Assembly (NCBI GenBank): GCA_045106895.1
Contig: JBGCFM010000073.1
Coordinates: forward strand, 1 to 42,565
Origin: Polyangiales bacterium
GTDB taxonomy: Bacteria > Myxococcota_A > Polyangia > Polyangiales > Houyiibacteriaceae
Length of the DNA: 42,565 bases
Reading direction: 5' to 3'
The notes beneath the pieces were generated by a model. The model ran no database searches and had not been told where the DNA came from. It saw nothing but the letters and a program-made list of their open reading frames with translations. The position numbers and the translations under genes were made by a program. This document shows, piece after piece, positions 27,959 through 37,300 of the stretch (positions are counted from its first letter, which is position 1; each line of letters begins with the position of its first letter).

Positions 27959-30034
27959 ATGAGGAAACTGGCGTATTTGGGAGTTCTTTGCGCATTGGCG
28001 TTTGGCTGTGGCGATGACGACGGCATGACGACCGACGGCGGCGGTGGCGGCGTCGACGCACAGAGCGCGGATGGTGGATCACCCGATGGAGGAGCAGATG
28101 CGCCCGCGCCGCTCGACGCTGGGTTCGATGTGCCCACCGACGTTCCCATGGACGTGCCCCCGGATATTCCCCTCGATGCCCCTTGTCTGGACATGGACGG
28201 AGACGGCATCACGGATGTCTTTGAAGGCGACGCGGACACGGATATGGACGGCACGCCGGACGCCGAAGACGACGACAGCGATGGCGATGGAATCACCGAT
28301 GCAGATGAGTTTGGCGGCATGACCTGCATGGCACCCATCGACTCAGACGAGGATGGCACGCCGGACTTCCGCGATACGGACTCGGACGACAATGGCGTTC
28401 CTGATGAGACCGAAGGCAGCGAAGACGGTGACATGGATGGCGAGCCCAACTTCAGGGACGACGACAACGACGGCGACGGACTGAGCGACCTGACGGAGCT
28501 CGCCGGCTCGCCCGACACGCCGCCGGACTTCGACACCGACGGAACGCCGGACTACCTCGACACGGACAGCGACAACGACACCATCGCAGACGTTCATGAA
28601 GGTGACGCCGACAGCGACATGGACACGACGCCGGACCGCTTCGAGATCGACAGTGACGGCGACGGAATCAGCGACGCGGATGAAGCCGGGGACGCGGATG
28701 AGTCCACCGTGCCCGTGGACTCTGACTTCGACCTTATCCCGGACTTCCAGGATCTCGATAGCGATGGGGATGGTCTCTCGGACGAGGAAGAAGTCGCCGG
28801 TGGCACCAACCCCACCCTCGGCGACACCGACATGGATGGAGCCAGCGACCTCGTCGAGGTTGCGGCAGGCACAGACCCCACGGATGACGCCGACAACCCG
28901 CGCGCGAGCGGCGACTTCGTGTTCGTCATGTACTTTGGTCAGGACCCGGAACCGGGCCGAGATATCCTCGACTTTGCGACGGACATTCAAGTGAGTGACG
29001 TGTACTTCTTGATGGACACGACGGGTTCGATGAGTGGATCGATTTCGGCCCTTCAGTCGGCTCTGCGTGACACGCTGATTCCCGGAATCCGAGCTGAAAT
29101 CCCTGACACATTCTTCGGCGTCGGCGAGTTCCGCGACTACCCGGTTTCCCCCTACGGGGGTGGCACGGACCAACCCTACGCTCATTTTCAGGACATGACT
29201 GATGATGACGCGCTCGCCCAAGCAGCGACGAACCGATACACGGCGAGGGGCGGCTCTGATGGCCCCGAGTCTCACGGCCAAGCGCTATGGTCCATGGCGA
29301 CGGGCAACGGACTCCCGAGCTCCAGCGTCGGCCCTCGCGCAGGGTGCCCCGCGGACACGTTCGGTTACCCATGTTTCCGCAACACAGCCGTCCCTATCGT
29401 CGTGATGTTCACAGACATCACTTGGCACAATGGTCCTGGCAATGTGAACCCATACACATCCATCGTCGGCGAGCCGGAGTACGCGGACGTCGTCAGCGCC
29501 GTCACCGCCAACAATATTCGTTTCATCGGCATTGGCCAGGGGTCCGGCGGTGTCGCTCACATGACCCAGTTCGGAACGGACGTCGGCTCCGTGGATGACC
29601 TCGGCATACCCTTCGTCTCGACTTACTCGGGAAGCCCAGCCGCGCTCACTTCGACGGTCATCGACCAGATTCGAACGCTCATCGCGACGCCCATCGACGT
29701 CTCAACGCGGTTCATCGACGACCCCTCGGATGCCGTCGATACGGAGGCTGCGTTCCTCGAGCGCGTCGAGGCGAACGAAGCCGGCGACGTGGCTCGTATG
29801 TGTGCACCTCGCATGGGCGAAGACACCGACGCGGATGGCTTCCCGGATGTGTTCCGCGCGGTTCCTCCGGGCGAGCGCGTCTGCTTCGACCTGGTTGTCG
29901 GCACCAACAACACCGTCGAACAAACGGGTGAGCCTCAGCTCTTCCGAGCGACCATCGAGGTCCTTGGTGACGGGTTCACGCCCCTCGACAGTCGCGACGT
30001 GTACTTCCTCGTTCCGCCGACCATCGGTCTCTAG
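27959..30034 (+). CDS. Lipoprotein with thrombospondin type-3-like Ca-binding repeats and a VWA domain (CglD-like architecture)
   Basis: RBS GGAGG and lipobox 'AFGC'. Many 'DxDxDGxPD' repeats, then VWA 'VYFLMDTTGSM', 'GGSDGPES', 'IVVMFTD'. Confidence 0.8.
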   Translation: MRKLAYLGVLCALAFGCGDDDGMTTDGGGGGVDAQSADGGSPDGGADAPAPLDAGFDVPTDVPMDVPPDIPLDAPCLDMDGDGITDVFEGDADTDMDGTPDAEDDDSDGDGITDADEFGGMTCMAPIDSDEDGTPDFRDTDSDDNGVPDETEGSEDGDMDGEPNFRDDDNDGDGLSDLTELAGSPDTPPDFDTDGTPDYLDTDSDNDTIADVHEGDADSDMDTTPDRFEIDSDGDGISDADEAGDADESTVPVDSDFDLIPDFQDLDSDGDGLSDEEEVAGGTNPTLGDTDMDGASDLVEVAAGTDPTDDADNPRASGDFVFVMYFGQDPEPGRDILDFATDIQVSDVYFLMDTTGSMSGSISALQSALRDTLIPGIRAEIPDTFFGVGEFRDYPVSPYGGGTDQPYAHFQDMTDDDALAQAATNRYTARGGSDGPESHGQALWSMATGNGLPSSSVGPRAGCPADTFGYPCFRNTAVPIVVMFTDITWHNGPGNVNPYTSIVGEPEYADVVSAVTANNIRFIGIGQGSGGVAHMTQFGTDVGSVDDLGIPFVSTYSGSPAALTSTVIDQIRTLIATPIDVSTRFIDDPSDAVDTEAAFLERVEANEAGDVARMCAPRMGEDTDADGFPDVFRAVPPGERVCFDLVVGTNNTVEQTGEPQLFRATIEVLGDGFTPLDSRDVYFLVPPTIGL
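28184..28900 (+). repeat. Degenerate Asp-rich TSP3-like coding repeats
   Basis: Recurring 'D.D.DG.PD..D.DSD.DG..D..E' units in the translation; boundaries approximate. Confidence 0.7.
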
Positions 30035-30060
30035 CTCCGCGAGACCTGACCTCTGAAAGC

Positions 30061-30093
30061 GACCGACGAGCCTTTGGGTTCGTCGGTCTTTTT
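30061..30093 (+). terminator. Intrinsic terminator
   Basis: Stem GACCGACGA / TCGTCGGTC followed by TTTTT, 26 bp after the stop of the VWA lipoprotein. Confidence 0.8.
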
Positions 30094-30181
30094 CGTGTGA
30101 GGGACCTCGTCGTTTGGGTTTAGGCCCGTGGGAAGAAACGCAGCACATCCGCCACTAGTGACGTGGTGGGCAGCGTCGCTG

Positions 30182-30499
30182 CTAGAGCGGGCAGCAGACG
30201 GCGCCTTCGATGCCCACGGGGACAGTCCCGATGGGCTCCTCGCCGCTTGGGCACACGTAGTCGCTACGGTGGGTACTGCCGTCACCGATGTCGCCGACGA
30301 CCTCGGCGCCATAGTCGACACACTGCTCAGCACTCATCTCTGGACGCTCCGCACCGAGCGGCGGAAACTCGGGAGGGAGTGTGTTTTCATCCCGCTCCGT
30401 CTGAGTGCTCTCGTCCCCTCCCGTCACCGCGGGCGCGGGTTCTGCGGGCGAGCTGCAAGCAAAGACAAAGACACAGAAGAGGCCAACAATGGTTCGCAT
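30182..30499 (-). CDS. Small Cys-containing lipoprotein, hypothetical
   Basis: 'MRTIVGLFCVFVFAC' lipobox; C-terminal 'C...GDIGDGS...C...GIEGAVCC'. Confidence 0.6.
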   Translation of the reverse strand: MRTIVGLFCVFVFACSSPAEPAPAVTGGDESTQTERDENTLPPEFPPLGAERPEMSAEQCVDYGAEVVGDIGDGSTHRSDYVCPSGEEPIGTVPVGIEGAVCCPL

Positions 30500-30530
30500 A
30501 TCGAGAGGCTAGTGTGCCCGTGATGCCGCG

Positions 30531-31628
30531 CTAGCGAAGAATGCGAAGTCGTTTGGGGCCGCTCTCCTTCGGCGCTTCGCCCTCGCCCTTGCTGTAGTGC
30601 TGGACCGCGACCTGCTCCGCGAGACCTTCGGCGATGCGCGCAAACTCTCTCGCCGCGGCGGAATCCGGTGCGGCTTGCACCACGGGCGTTCCTTTGTCGC
30701 CCCACTCGCGAACGGTGGGGTCGAGGGGGACCTGGCCAAGGAGCGGCGCTTCGGAGAACTCCGCGACCTTCGCGCCGCCTCCGCTTCCGAAGAGCTCATG
30801 CTTGATGCCTGCGGGATCAACGAAGTAGCTCATATTCTCGACGACACCGAGGACGGGCAGGTTCGTCTTCTTGCACATGGAGACGCCCTTGTAGACGTCT
30901 GCCAGCGCTACGTCCTGTGGCGTCGTCACCATCACAACGCCCGTGATACGGAGCTTCTGCGCGAGCGTCAGCGCGATATCGCCGGTGCCCGGAGGGCAGT
31001 CCAGAATCAGGTAGTCGAGCTCGCCCCAGTTCACATCGCCGACGAACTGTTGGAGCGCGCCGTGGAGCATTGGCCCACGCCAGATCACGGCTTGCTTCGC
31101 GTCCTCGAGGAGGAAGCCAATGCTCATCAGCTTCAGCCCGAAACGCTGCATGGGTTCGATGCGCTTCCCATCGCGGCTGCCGGGGCGACCTTCGATACCG
31201 AGCATGGTGGGGATGCTCGGCCCGTAGAGGTCCGCGTCGAGAAGGCCCACGCGTGTTCCGCTCCGCCGAAGGGCGAGAGCGAGGTTTGTGGCGACGGTGC
31301 TCTTTCCAACGCCGCCCTTACCGCTCATCACGAGGATGACGTTCTTGACGTCTGGAATTGGATCCGTGGAGCTGGTCTCGCGCGTCGGAATGCGAACCTT
31401 CCAGGTGATCTCCAGGAATGTGACGCCGGCGCCCTTTGCGGCTTCTTCCGCTGCGCTCCGAACACGCTCACGAAGGGTCTCCGAAGGGGAGCTCAACGCA
31501 ATACTGCAGGTGCCTTTGTCCCCGTCGACGCCGACCTCGAAGATCGACTTGAGTTCGCCGAGGCTCTTCTCAAATGTTGGGTCCACTACGCCGCCGAGGG
31601 CTTTTTCGAGTTCGCTAACGCTAGCCAT
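30531..31628 (-). CDS. mrp: Mrp/NBP35 (ApbC) Fe-S cluster carrier ATPase
   Basis: N-terminal FeS-assembly-like domain, 'SGKGGVGKSTV', 'DADLYGPSIP', 'VIWRGPM', 'DCPPGTGD', 'GVVENMSYF'. Confidence 0.93.
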   Translation of the reverse strand: MASVSELEKALGGVVDPTFEKSLGELKSIFEVGVDGDKGTCSIALSSPSETLRERVRSAAEEAAKGAGVTFLEITWKVRIPTRETSSTDPIPDVKNVILVMSGKGGVGKSTVATNLALALRRSGTRVGLLDADLYGPSIPTMLGIEGRPGSRDGKRIEPMQRFGLKLMSIGFLLEDAKQAVIWRGPMLHGALQQFVGDVNWGELDYLILDCPPGTGDIALTLAQKLRITGVVMVTTPQDVALADVYKGVSMCKKTNLPVLGVVENMSYFVDPAGIKHELFGSGGGAKVAEFSEAPLLGQVPLDPTVREWGDKGTPVVQAAPDSAAAREFARIAEGLAEQVAVQHYSKGEGEAPKESGPKRLRILR

Positions 31629-31679
31629 GCCGCGGATATGGTGCGACGAGGCCGAATCGTCAACGACGAGCCTCGGAGC

Positions 31680-32936
31680 TCAGTCCGTTGGACGGTGCCC
31701 GATAATGAACCCGCGGAGCATCTCCGACGCGTCCATCAGGCCCTCGGGGCCGTGCAGCTCCAGGTGGAGATGAGGTGCCGAGCGCCTCATTCCAGTCCGT
31801 CCCACCGTGCCGATGAGGTCGCCGCGGCGGACTTCCGTTCCGTGGCTCACTTCCACATCCTCAAGGTGCATGTAGCAAGAACGCAGCCACGAGCCCTCTT
31901 CGCCGTCCTCGGGCGTCGGGTGATGAAGAATGCAGATATAGCGTCCGCCGGCGCCGAGATCGTCCCGCGGAACGTCTTCGATCTCCGAGGGAGTCATGGC
32001 CGCGTTGCTGCGATGGCCCGGCAAGTCGACGCCGCAGAAGTTTACGCGGCCGTCGGCGATGGCGCGTACGGGTTCCCCAAGAACAGACTCGACGTCCACG
32101 CCGCGGTGGCGTCGCTGTCCGTCGTCGCGGGCGGCACCGATCCAGCTTGAGATGACACGGGGACTTCCGTCGAGGGGAGGCCCCCAGGCCATACCACTGC
32201 GAACGATCGGCTCCGGGGTTTCTATGGCACCGTAGTATTCAAGGATGCGCCGGCGGTCGGTGAGGATACGGTCCTCGGCGCGGTTGTTACGGATACGGTC
32301 ACCCCACACAAAGTGACTGACCCAGTGGCGATGCTCGACCTGCTCGTAGGCCCCGGCGAGCGAGTCGTGCTGAGCGCGCCACACATTGAGAATCGCGGCG
32401 GCGAAATAGAGGTTCGGTTCGGGTCTGCGCAGCTGGTGCTCGGAGAAGGGGAAACGATCCACGCTGAGCGTGCGCTCCACCCATTCTTCGCCTTCGAGGA
32501 CCTGGTAGGTATAAGCGCCGCGCCGGAGGAAGTCTGCGTACATCCGTCGCGGAATGGCCGTGAGCCCCAGCCCTCCCATGTGTTCGTCCGTCGGATTGCA
32601 GCGTCCCATGCGATGGGCGAGGGCGGCCAAGAGGAACGGGTCGATGTCGAAGGTCGCGGCGTGCTCGAGGATGTACCCGGTCCATCGCGCGGGGCGCGTT
32701 CGCGGCATCCAGCCGCAGAGTCTCCGAAGTGCCGTCGCAAAGCGCTCGGGGTCGATCTCTTCGGGAGAGGCGGGCTCCGTAGGCCAGTCCTCCGGCGTCA
32801 CCAGCTGCATCGAGCGGAGACTTGGCCGAATGCCGGGGCGCCTGCGGCGGTACCAAGGAACTCCATCGGCGAAGGCGACGCCGGCCACCATCGTGCCGAC
32901 GAGCACAAGCGCCATTAGCCATGAGCGAGATCTCAT
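31680..32936 (-). CDS. Exported M23 metallopeptidase with upstream lysozyme/SLT-like region
   Basis: Signal peptide; M23 motifs 'HRGVD', 'YMHL', 'GRTG', 'PHLHLE'; central 'FDIDPFLLAALAH' SLT-like segment. Confidence 0.85.
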   Translation of the reverse strand: MRSRSWLMALVLVGTMVAGVAFADGVPWYRRRRPGIRPSLRSMQLVTPEDWPTEPASPEEIDPERFATALRRLCGWMPRTRPARWTGYILEHAATFDIDPFLLAALAHRMGRCNPTDEHMGGLGLTAIPRRMYADFLRRGAYTYQVLEGEEWVERTLSVDRFPFSEHQLRRPEPNLYFAAAILNVWRAQHDSLAGAYEQVEHRHWVSHFVWGDRIRNNRAEDRILTDRRRILEYYGAIETPEPIVRSGMAWGPPLDGSPRVISSWIGAARDDGQRRHRGVDVESVLGEPVRAIADGRVNFCGVDLPGHRSNAAMTPSEIEDVPRDDLGAGGRYICILHHPTPEDGEEGSWLRSCYMHLEDVEVSHGTEVRRGDLIGTVGRTGMRRSAPHLHLELHGPEGLMDASEMLRGFIIGHRPTD

Positions 32937-32955
32937 GCCCCGAAACTAGGCGCTC

Positions 32956-34236
32956 CTATCGATGACGCCAACTTCTCAGTCGACAGCCGACAACGAGGGC
33001 GAAGAGGAGCAGCCCGAACCGGGGCGTCGGGCCCGAGCGGGCGAGGGAGCAAAAGCAGGAAGGAGCGCTGGGAGCCCACGCCGCAGTCGAGGCGTCGACG
33101 CCGCCGTCGATGGGGAAAAGCACCGGCGGAGGCTGCGGAACGTCGATGCCACACACGCCCGCCGCGCAGCGCTGACCCAGAGGACAGGTTGCATCTTCGT
33201 CGATGACGCCGTCGCAGTCATCGTCGGCGCCATCACATTCCTCGGGGCGTGGAACGGGCACACCCTCACACGCGCTCCAGCGTCCTTGCCGGCAGGTCTG
33301 AACGCCGCCGGAGCAGACCCCGTTCGACTGGGTGCACGGCCGAGTTCCGCTGCCTTCGCAATCACAGCGCAGCACCCTTCCGTCGCAGTCCCGGTCGACC
33401 CCATCACAGTCCTCGTGGGCGCCGGGAAAAGCCTCTGGGTCCTCATCGTCGCAGTCGCCAGCGCAGTGATGAACGCCGTCTCCGTCCGCGTCGCCTTCAT
33501 CGATGACGCCGTCGCAGTCGTTGTCGAGTCCGTCGCAGAGTTCTTCGCCGGCGGCGCTGGCGACGTGCATAAGCGCTCCAGCCAACGAGTCGGCGGCGTG
33601 GGCGGCGTGGTAACAATGGTCGCTCCCGCGAGCGTCCACGGCGCTCCCGTCGCATCCCGCCACCGGCGCGCCGCCGGCGAGAGCGCACTCGTTGAGCGTT
33701 CGCGCGTCGACGGCGTTCCCGAAGCCCACCACGTGAATGGTGTGGCCCTCCGCGCGAAGTCGCTGGACCGCCGCCACCGGTGCGCCGCGCATGGATGGGT
33801 CGTAGGGCGCGCACCACTGCCAGCCGTCCGTGATGAGTACGATGTGGCTTTGCGTGGTGAGTGCTCCCTCGAGGGCGCTGAGTGTCTGAGCGATGGGCGT
33901 GTAGTCGCCGACCACCGCTGGCGCTTCTTCGAGGACGCCGGCGACCTCTTCCGGCGAGTGCGGGCCTGGAGGCAAGAGCATCACCCCCGGAGCGCAAGCG
34001 TCTGGAAATGGAAAGACCATCGTGCCGACTCGAAGATGAGGCGCGGATTCGGCTGCGCGGAGAACTGCCCTGGTTGCGGCGTCCCACTTGGTCTCGCCGC
34101 TCGCCAGGCGTTCACGCATGGACGACGAGCGATCCACGACGAAGAGGACCTCGCCAGGCGAGCAAACATCCGCAGCTACCGGCGGTGCCGAGAGGGCGAC
34201 GAGGACGAAGGCGAAGAGGCTACGTTGGTAGAGCAT
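32956..34236 (-). CDS. Surface protein: VWA domain, Cys/Asp 'putative metal-binding' repeats and MYXO-CTERM-like anchor
   Basis: Signal peptide from ATG 34236; MIDAS 'VVDRSSSM', 'LITDG'; repeats 'ELCDGLDNDCDGVIDE'; C-terminal 'SCFCS...LLLFALVVGCRLRSWRHR'. Confidence 0.8.
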   Translation of the reverse strand: MLYQRSLFAFVLVALSAPPVAADVCSPGEVLFVVDRSSSMRERLASGETKWDAATRAVLRAAESAPHLRVGTMVFPFPDACAPGVMLLPPGPHSPEEVAGVLEEAPAVVGDYTPIAQTLSALEGALTTQSHIVLITDGWQWCAPYDPSMRGAPVAAVQRLRAEGHTIHVVGFGNAVDARTLNECALAGGAPVAGCDGSAVDARGSDHCYHAAHAADSLAGALMHVASAAGEELCDGLDNDCDGVIDEGDADGDGVHHCAGDCDDEDPEAFPGAHEDCDGVDRDCDGRVLRCDCEGSGTRPCTQSNGVCSGGVQTCRQGRWSACEGVPVPRPEECDGADDDCDGVIDEDATCPLGQRCAAGVCGIDVPQPPPVLFPIDGGVDASTAAWAPSAPSCFCSLARSGPTPRFGLLLFALVVGCRLRSWRHR

Positions 34237-34381
34237 GCCGGACTCTTCTGCAGGCGCTGTTCCGCCGGTTTTGAGCGACAAACGCTGAACAAACAGGGGC
34301 CGCGTGCGCGGCGGGCGCCAGCACACGCCGGCGTCCGCCAGACATCGCGGAAGACGGGCTAGGTGAGTGAGGGCCGCCGCG

Positions 34382-37300
34382 TCAGCGTTCGACCGAATGG
34401 TCGAGAAGGTGCGTGAGGCGTTTCGCGAGATCGTCGACATGCGGCGGCGAAATAAAGGTGCCGTGGTCGCCCGGCATGACCTCGACTTGCGCAAAAGGAC
34501 CAAGCAGCTGGCGCCACTGTTTGACGGTGTCCCTCAGCGTGAGCGGTCGACGGTCGCGGGCGATGAACACGACCGAGCGCCCCGAGTACGGGCGCAATCG
34601 CTGGACATAGTCCTGCAGGGCGACGGTGTACTTGTGTCTACGCTCATCCCAGGCGCGCTTGTCGGCCTCGCTTTCGGGCGCTCCGGGGCGGTGGGCTTCC
34701 GTTCGCTGAACGAGTCCAAGTCGCTGAAGCGCGCGCTCGCCGATCTCTTCTCCTTGGTATCGCATCCGATGGACGAGGTTGTGAACGGCTTCCCATCGCG
34801 CCGGGGCTTCCTTCTCCGGAAGAACAGGGTCGAGGAGGACGAGGAGATCGAGCGGGTCTCCCGCCTCGGCGCGTTGCCGCGCCAGCTCCAGCGCAACAAT
34901 GGCGCCATAGGACACGCCGCAGACGCTGCGTGCGCTCCCGGCTTCGGGCGAGGTGATGGCCTGAAGGTAGGCCGCCGCGAGCTCCTCCGTGGGAGGAATC
35001 TTCCCGTCTTCTCTCAGCTCTTCTTCGGGGACGTAGACACCGACGACGGGGCGCGGGCCCATGCGCTCGGCGATGGGGCGATACACATCGATGCCCAAGA
35101 TGCAGTACATAGGAGCGACGTCGGGCCGCCCCGGGTTCAACGTCACGAATTCGGCTGCGGACGCCTCGGAACCCAGCTCGCTCTGCGCCTGCACTCGTTC
35201 GGCGAGACGTCTCGGCGTGCGCGCCGCGAAGACCGCGCCGGCGCCCACTTCGATCCCCATGGCATCACGAATATCGCTGACCAAACGAATGACACGAAGC
35301 GAATGCCCGCCCATGTCAAAGAAGTCATCGTCGGCTCCGACGGGGCGCCCGACGACGGCTCCGAAGAGCTGGGCGAGTTGAGCCGCAAGGGGAGACGCCT
35401 CGCGCGTTTCTTCGGCCGGCGACTCGTCACGGGTTGGAGTGAGGCTCAAGAGCGCGCGACGATCGACTTTGCCGCCAGGTGTGACCGGGAGGTTTTCCAA
35501 GAAGCAGACGTCGGAGGGAACCATATAGTGAGGAAGACGAGCTCCGATCTGCGTCTTGATGGCGCTCGCGTCGATGCCCCCATTGGAGACGACCCAAGCA
35601 ACAAGCCGCGCCTCCGCCTCCGCGCCGCCGTGAAAGACGACGACGCCCTCCGTCACGCCATCAAGGCCGCAGAGTACGCTCTCGATTTCACCGAGTTCGA
35701 TGCGATAACCACGGACCTTCACCTGCTCGTCCGCACGCCCGACGTACACAAGTTCCGCGCCCTCGTTCGCGAGGACAAGGTCGCCGGTTCGGTATACACG
35801 AGGGGCGCCAAGAAGGTCTTTGGGGAAAGACGCCGCTGTCCGTTCCGGACGAGCGAGGTACCCAATGGCGAGCTGAGGTCCTCCAAGAACCAGTTCCCCG
35901 ATGCCGCCGGGAGGGCAGGGGTGATTGCAGCTGTCGGCGACCCACGCCAGCGTGTCACCGAGCGGGCGACCGATGGGTACTTCATCGCCGACATGCTCGC
36001 CCTGCATTGCGAACGCAACGGCCGTAATCGTCGTCTCCGTCGGACCGTACGCGTTCACCAGCCGCACCTCACGGTGGGCTTTGCTGAAGCGTGCGCACGC
36101 TGCTGCGTTGGCACGCTCGCCGCCGATGATGACGAGGCGCACGACCGCTGGGAGCTTGGTACGGGTACGCGATAGCTCGGTGACGACCTCGTTGAAGAAT
36201 GCCGTTGGGAGCTGCAATACAGAGATACGCTGCTCGTCTACTCGCTTCATCAAGTAGTCGATGGAACGAGCGCACATCTCGTCACGTATGACGAGGGCTG
36301 CCCCGACGAGGGCTGTCGGCACGACCTCCTCGAACCAGACATCAAAACTCGGCGAAGCAAACTGGAGCACCGAGTCGTAGTGCGCCAATCCGTATTTGGT
36401 GCTCGCCGCCGCGGCATGGTGGAGAAGCGCGCGCGCTGCGACCAGCACGCCTTTGGGCGTGCCGGAGGAGCCCGACGTGTAGATAAGGTAGAGCGGCTGA
36501 TCCAGGTCGAGGGACACTGGGTCGAAGGGCGGCTCGCCGTCGCCCTTCGTTGGGATGAGTACATAGTCGGCGTCGCCGGCCCATGGTTCTTCTTCCGGAG
36601 AGAGCGCGACGATTCGTGCGCCCGAATCCGAGAGCATGTGTGCGCGTCGGTCGCTGGGGTAGGTAGGGTCGATGGGGAGGTAGACGGCACCGATGAAGGC
36701 GCAGCCCCAAAACGCGATGACGGTCTCGGCGGATGCGCGCGCGGATACGGCGACAACGTCTCCCGGTTGAATGTCGCACGAGCGCAGACGACGCGAGAAC
36801 GCACTCGCTGCATGAAGGAGTTCCGAGTAGCTGAGTCTCAGGCCCGTACTTAGTTCGACGAGAGCCGTCGCCTGCGGTCTTGCGCTCACGACCGAGCGCA
36901 GGATGTCTGCGACGGAGGACGGCTGCGTTCCAGATGGGACCCGGCTACGGAGCGGAGCCCGTTCATGGTCGTCCACGACGCACACGTCCGAGAGAAGCTG
37001 CGTCGGGTTCTGCGCGAACTGACGCAGCACATGGGTCAGGCGACCCGGAAGCGAATCGGCGACGTATTTCGCGACTTTGTCTTCCCGGTATTCGACCTTC
37101 GCGACCATCGGAAGGTCTTCGCTCTCCTTGATGGCGAGCACCAAGGCCGGGGCGCTTCGCGAGTGAATCGTGAAGGTGCGACCGGCGACGGCCTCGCCCA
37201 TCAGCTGAGTCATCCTGGCCTGAACGGTGTGGCGCTCGTGGACGATCACCGTGTCGAGTAGACCGGCTTCGAGGCCGAGTCGCGTGCGGACTTCTGCGAG

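Noticed and set aside
28184..28900. Repetitive GAC-rich DNA as a possible CRISPR or tandem array
   Set aside because: The repeats are degenerate at DNA level, in frame, and explained by Asp-rich TSP3-like protein repeats. There is no constant repeat-spacer structure and no cas genes.
27959..30034. Assigning the gene symbol cglD
   Set aside because: The architecture is similar, but orthology cannot be shown without searches and the family has many paralogs.
34367..36175. Long plus-strand ORF (602 aa) and similar long ORFs at 17747..19396, 22411..23892, 30597..32150, 19928..21190, 32962..34362 and 26530..27861
   Set aside because: They lie antisense to well-supported genes (NRPS, metK, nadB, mrp and others) and have no motifs. 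They are typical shadow ORFs from high GC3 codon bias.
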